This document shows, piece after piece, positions 60,104 through 64,000 of a DNA stretch of 64,000 bases. Positions within the stretch are counted from its first letter, which is position 1. Each line of letters starts with the position of its first letter. The notes under the pieces are model-generated. The model did not search any database, was not told the DNA's origin, and saw only the letters and a program-made list of their open reading frames with translations. The translations under genes and the position numbers were made by a program. The stretch is taken from IMG/VR virus record IMGVR_UViG_3300028377_000007, positions 23,041-87,040 of that record; one strand, 5' to 3'. This stretch comes from a virus.

Positions 60104-60516
60104 AATATTAATCCTTGTTTTTTAAATATTTGTTTATTCAATCCTTTTCTTATTTCGTCTTCTGTTATTTCGAAAAGTTCTATGTCGTTTATTTCGCAAA
60201 ACTTTCTTTTTTCTCTGTCTCTTTTTAATTGCATTAGAAAGTTTGCTTTATTTTTATTATGGAAATGTCCAACATATTCGAAATGTTGTCTCCCTTGGAC
60301 TTCTATTGCTATATTTCTGTTTGCATTAAAAAAATCTAGAGTATATCTTGTTCCTAAAACTGGAAACTCTTCAAATACAACGTGATTTTTCCAGTATTTT
60401 TGCAAATATTTTTTTGTGGTAAATTGAACTTTACTTCTGCTTTTAGCATCCCAGTCTATTAAATATTTATGTATTTTAGCGTTTTTTTCTCTGCCATCTA
60501 TAGTTTTAAAAACCAT
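60100..60516 (-). CDS. PD-(D/E)XK / Vsr-like endonuclease
   Basis: EEFP, LDFF, IEVQGRQH, RDREK. Confidence 0.78.
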   Translation of the reverse strand: MVFKTIDGREKNAKIHKYLIDWDAKSRSKVQFTTKKYLQKYWKNHVVFEEFPVLGTRYTLDFFNANRNIAIEVQGRQHFEYVGHFHNKNKANFLMQLKRDREKRKFCEINDIELFEITEDEIRKGLNKQIFKKQGLIL

Positions 60517-61670
60517 TATTCTACACTAGAAAAAATCTTTCTAAAATATTTATAAAAATGATCCACAAATTTTTTATTTTCTTTTTGCTCTAACCATTTT
60601 ACAACTGATTCCTCTCCTTGAATTTTATCAAATGTTGGAACGTTTTCTTTTTCTAGCTCTTCTTTTAAAGATTTTTCTATGCTAAACCAAGACCCCTTTT
60701 TCTCTAAACAAGCCCAATCCAAACACGTTTCTAATATTTCTCTTTCTAGCCAAATTGATTCTCCGTCCTCTGAATCATATCTAATCGGATATTGAACAAT
60801 TGCGCCAGTTTTTTGATTATCACTTTTTCTAAATTTAACTACACATTTATGACCAAGCATTTTTCTATCGTTATCAAAAGGGTTTGTTTTTTTATCCTTT
60901 TTCTTATCGTAGATAGTAAAATTCTCCCCGAAATATCTTCTAAAATCTAAACTAAAATTAGAATAGTGATCAATCGATTTTCCACCAGCCTGACTTTCTT
61001 TTGGGGGTTTTCCGCCGTGCCCCATATCTATTGTGATTCTTACTTGCGAAATAAGAATTATTCTATGCCCCAATTTATTTGTTGGTAAAGAAAACTTTTT
61101 TAAGAATACGCTATTAGTTAAAGCCCCACCAGCAACTTTTTCTGAATCGGAGAACGGCCTCTTTAAATCCTCTTTCCTAACTAAAGCATCAGAGCTATCG
61201 ATTATAATAAAATACTTATTGTTGTTGGGGTTGTTTTCTATCAAATCTTTGATAAAATCAAAAACAACTTCTGTAACATTGCTGTCTAATATAAAAAATT
61301 TATCTTTAGAAATATCTATTCCCGCCCTTTTCAGCATTGATTTTTTTAATCTACCCTCCGCTTTAACATAAACAACTATATTTTTATCTGATGCTTTTTG
61401 AAAATTTTTAGCAAAAGATAAAGCTTGGCTAGTTTTTCCACTTTCATATGGCCCACCATGTCTATGTATACCAACTGGCAAACCGCCATCCATAGCAATA
61501 TCAAGAAGTAAGCTCCCACTTGGGATTCTACTTTCATCGTCGATAATATTATTATAATGATAATCTTTATTATTTTTGTCGTTTAAGAACTTTTGGGTTT
61601 GTTCGTAAAAAGATACATTGTTATCTTCTTTTGTTTTGGTTTTGGTTTCGGTTTTAGTTTTATTTGTCAT
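60516..61670 (-). CDS. recA: RecA/UvsX-like recombinase
   Basis: SGSLLLDIAMDGG, GPYESGKT, IIDS, ISQVR. Confidence 0.88.
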   Translation of the reverse strand: MTNKTKTETKTKTKEDNNVSFYEQTQKFLNDKNNKDYHYNNIIDDESRIPSGSLLLDIAMDGGLPVGIHRHGGPYESGKTSQALSFAKNFQKASDKNIVVYVKAEGRLKKSMLKRAGIDISKDKFFILDSNVTEVVFDFIKDLIENNPNNNKYFIIIDSSDALVRKEDLKRPFSDSEKVAGGALTNSVFLKKFSLPTNKLGHRIILISQVRITIDMGHGGKPPKESQAGGKSIDHYSNFSLDFRRYFGENFTIYDKKKDKKTNPFDNDRKMLGHKCVVKFRKSDNQKTGAIVQYPIRYDSEDGESIWLEREILETCLDWACLEKKGSWFSIEKSLKEELEKENVPTFDKIQGEESVVKWLEQKENKKFVDHFYKYFRKIFSSVE

Positions 61671-61673
61671 TTG

Positions 61674-62057
61674 TCATTTGTCATTTTTAAAAATTTGTTT
61701 TGTTGTTGTAATTTTTTTATGGGGCATTTCTAGCGGCTTGAAATAAGAAGAATTGTCCTCATCAAAAACTATAGCTTCTTTTCTTTCGAAGTCAAGTCCA
61801 AATTCAAAATATTTGTCTTCTAAATACCTATCTCCGTCTTCCGACCTGAACCAAGCAAGTGAATTTAATTTGAATTTGCATGTTGTTTTAATCCAAAAAT
61901 TCTCATCTGGATATTTTTCTAAAAGATAATTTAATATCTTCATTTCTCTCGGCCAAAAACCCTTTTGTTTTTGATTAGAAGTTTCCGTGAATTTTTTTAC
62001 GATTTCTCTTTTATTGAATTTATTTTCTTTCTTTTTATATGTTCTTTTTTTTGTCAT
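61674..62057 (-). CDS. hypothetical protein
   Basis: ORF track. Confidence 0.65.
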   Translation of the reverse strand: MTKKRTYKKKENKFNKREIVKKFTETSNQKQKGFWPREMKILNYLLEKYPDENFWIKTTCKFKLNSLAWFRSEDGDRYLEDKYFEFGLDFERKEAIVFDEDNSSYFKPLEMPHKKITTTKQIFKNDK

Positions 62058-63010
62058 ATAATTGAGTACTTTATGTTTTTCATTTTAGTTATATCTATTA
62101 TATTGTGATAACTCATACAAGATTGTATTCCTTGTTTTATTTTTTCATAATATTCGGTGTAGGTCAAATTATTACAATCTAATATAATCTCATCAAAACC
62201 CTCTGAATAATCATCCGATCCTTTATTTACACTACTTGCCGAACCAAAATATATTTTTTTATTTGGAAGTCCACCATTTTTATGAGAATATGTTTCTGCT
62301 GGGCTATCAACGCATTTAACAAATTCAGATCCAGACATAACCATTGTGGCTCCAGCAACAAGAGCCTTTGAATAATCTCCTATTTCTCTGATTCCGCCGT
62401 CTGCTATAACTGGTAAAACATTATCTCTAGCGCAAGATAAAACAGCAGAAAACTGCGGAAGTCCGACCCCTGTTTTATTATAAGTTGAACACGCCCCGCC
62501 CTGAGCTATTCCGACTTTCGCAATATCAACGTCCCAATCTTTAAAATCTTTTACGGCAGATGAAGTAATAATATTCCCAGCTATAATTTTTATTTTATCT
62601 CCGAAAGTATTTTTTATAAAACTTACAATATGTTTCATTTTCAAACAATGACCATGTGCAATATCGATAGTTATATAATCTACTCTTAAATTTTTTTCCT
62701 TTATTTTATCTAATAAATTATAGTCTTTTTCATTTGCTCCTATTGATATTGAAATTAAAGATAGGTTTTGATTGTTTTCTATCCACTCTAATATTTGATC
62801 ATACTCATAAAACCTGTGCAAAATATAAAAATAACCAAGCTCTGATAATTCCTTTGCTTTTTCAAAAGAAATAGAACACACCATATTTGCTGGTATTGCT
62901 GGAGAAAGAAATTTTCTACCGCATAATTCTGTTGATACAGACAAACCTCTTCTAGAAGGTATTTTTGAAAAAACTGGATTTGCAAAAAATATATCTTTAT
63001 AATGGTACAT
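62054..63010 (-). CDS. guaC: GMP reductase
   Basis: PANM, LHRF, IDIAHGH, KVGIAQGGAC, IADGGIR. Confidence 0.88.
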   Translation of the reverse strand: MYHYKDIFFANPVFSKIPSRRGLSVSTELCGRKFLSPAIPANMVCSISFEKAKELSELGYFYILHRFYEYDQILEWIENNQNLSLISISIGANEKDYNLLDKIKEKNLRVDYITIDIAHGHCLKMKHIVSFIKNTFGDKIKIIAGNIITSSAVKDFKDWDVDIAKVGIAQGGACSTYNKTGVGLPQFSAVLSCARDNVLPVIADGGIREIGDYSKALVAGATMVMSGSEFVKCVDSPAETYSHKNGGLPNKKIYFGSASSVNKGSDDYSEGFDEIILDCNNLTYTEYYEKIKQGIQSCMSYHNIIDITKMKNIKYSII

Positions 63011-63034
63011 ATGTTATTTATTTTTAAAAGTAAA

Positions 63035-63094
63035 TTCTAACTCTTCGTTACTCACAATCCTCATTCTTCGGATGAGAGAGCAGAACTATTCGAC
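63035..63094 (+). other. attC-like site A
   Basis: TTCTAAC-5-GTTACTC...GAGAGC-6-ATTCGAC (G>A in R'). Confidence 0.7.
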
Positions 63095-63279
63095 AGGAGA
63101 TTATCAAAGTCTTCATTCGTCTTTAGAATCTCAGCAACCACAGGGCAAGGTTCGTCGCTGTTGTGGTATTCCGTTTTACGGTGGGACAGTTCGTGGCAGC
63201 CTGATACGTGCCGATTGAGGCAACGAGAAAGCCTGACAGCCATATCTTTCCACGCTTTAGCTTTTTGTTTATCTGTCAT
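63061..63279 (-). CDS. cassette 1 hypothetical protein (start probably MTDKQK)
   Basis: lies between attC A and B; stop codon inside the attC hairpin. Confidence 0.65.
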   Translation of the reverse strand: MTDKQKAKAWKDMAVRLSRCLNRHVSGCHELSHRKTEYHNSDEPCPVVAEILKTNEDFDNLLSNSSALSSEE

Positions 63280-63288
63280 AATAAAAAT

Positions 63289-63349
63289 GTCGAACAAGTC
63301 GCTGGACATCAACGCTCATTCTTCGCGTGAGTCAGCTTGAGCGTTAGAT
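63289..63349 (+). other. attC-like site B
   Basis: GTCGAAC-5-GCTGGAC...GTCAGC-6-GTTAGAT. Confidence 0.85.
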
Positions 63350-63738
63350 TTAAGAGAATCGAATCTCCAATTTCCAACTCGCCGCACTTTTTCGTAGCCG
63401 TATCGCTCACCAAAAAGAGGCTTACTTTTGGTTATCAAAACATTTCCAAAGCGGAAACTTTCCCTCCTCCATAGGCGGGGAGACCATGCGTAACCGTTTC
63501 CAGTGTCCCAAGTCCCCCCGAACACTTTCGCGTACAGCACAGGTCTACACCACTCGTTTTTACTTCTTGTCCTATGCGGGACGTGGCGAAGATAAAGACG
63601 ACGTAGAAACGAAGTTTTATCCCCACAACCCCTAGAGCATGGTATGTCCTCAAAGGTGTCAGCTTTGCACTTCGGGCAGATTCCAAATGACCTACTCATT
63701 TTTACCCCCCGTTTCATGATAGCAGCCCTCTTCTTCAA
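63316..63738 (-). CDS. cassette 2 hypothetical Zn-finger protein
   Basis: CPKC...CSRGC; GC-rich. Confidence 0.6.
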   Translation of the reverse strand: MKKRAAIMKRGVKMSRSFGICPKCKADTFEDIPCSRGCGDKTSFLRRLYLRHVPHRTRSKNEWCRPVLYAKVFGGTWDTGNGYAWSPRLWRRESFRFGNVLITKSKPLFGERYGYEKVRRVGNWRFDSLKSNAQADSREE

Positions 63739-63889
63739 GCTGTCTGATCACTTCGAGTTCTAGTGTTTCAACACTTTCAAGAGTGCAGAATCTATCACAT
63801 CCCCATTCGGATGATTTGCGAGTATCCCACCCCAATATTTTGTGTTTTTTAATGGCGGCGTGAACCGCCGAGTTTCCTGCTGATGTCAT
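63692..63889 (-). CDS. cassette 2 hypothetical protein
   Basis: ORF track; GC-rich. Confidence 0.55.
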   Translation of the reverse strand: MTSAGNSAVHAAIKKHKILGWDTRKSSEWGCDRFCTLESVETLELEVIRQLEEEGCYHETGGKNE

Positions 63890-63922
63890 ATTTTACCTTT
63901 CATCTTTCATTTTTTGTTAAAA

Positions 63923-63987
63923 ATCTAACCAGTCAGTGCTCACAATTCCGTTCGTGCCTCACTCCATGCGAGACTGTGGTGTTAAAA
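63923..63987 (+). other. attC-like site C
   Basis: ATCTAAC-5-AGTGCTC...GAGACT-5-GTTAAAA. Confidence 0.85.
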
Positions 63988-64000
63988 ATACATATCTTTT

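Noticed and set aside
479-61371. Plus-strand ORFs in the ORF track
   Set aside because: Almost all are antisense shadows of well-supported minus-strand genes or RNA genes, with no recognisable motifs.
1-64000. Genome-wide TAG recoding suggested by the CUA tRNA-like element
   Set aside because: Genes are full length in code 11 and TAG falls at plausible gene ends; the stub after the TAG at 31880 is in a different frame.

Overview
AT-rich fragment of a large (jumbo-type) dsDNA phage genome with essentially all genes on the minus strand. 1-43 kb is an accessory region: rIIA/rIIB, a tRNA/RNA maturation and repair set (RNase Z, CCA enzyme, Rnl1, Rnl2, PNK), UvsE, DNA ligase, methyltransferases, a four-enzyme deamidated NAD+ salvage set (PncA, PncB, NadM-Nudix, NadE), kinase/PP2C/MoxR-vWA genes, IS607 and IS200/IS605 derivatives and many deletion-scarred gene stubs. 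43.3-47.9 kb holds 27 tRNAs covering all 20 amino acids, a tmRNA and a ~800-nt GOLLD-like RNA containing a tRNA-like element with a CUA anticodon. 48.9-63 kb is a replication module (Clp ATPase, split DnaE, DnaQ-like, SLOG-RNase H, primase, DnaB, RecA, GuaC). Most notable: (1) integron-type gene cassettes with attC-like sites in the phage, namely a two-cassette array with correctly paired core sites and a single cassette inserted at a G|AT site whose empty allele is duplicated next to it; (2) a retron-like locus (msr-msd plus an RT with a ~200-aa C-terminal domain I cannot assign); (3) an IS200/IS605 shell in which tnpB was replaced by an HNH gene while the omegaRNA-bearing end was kept. All assignments come from reading motifs by eye; no searches were run.
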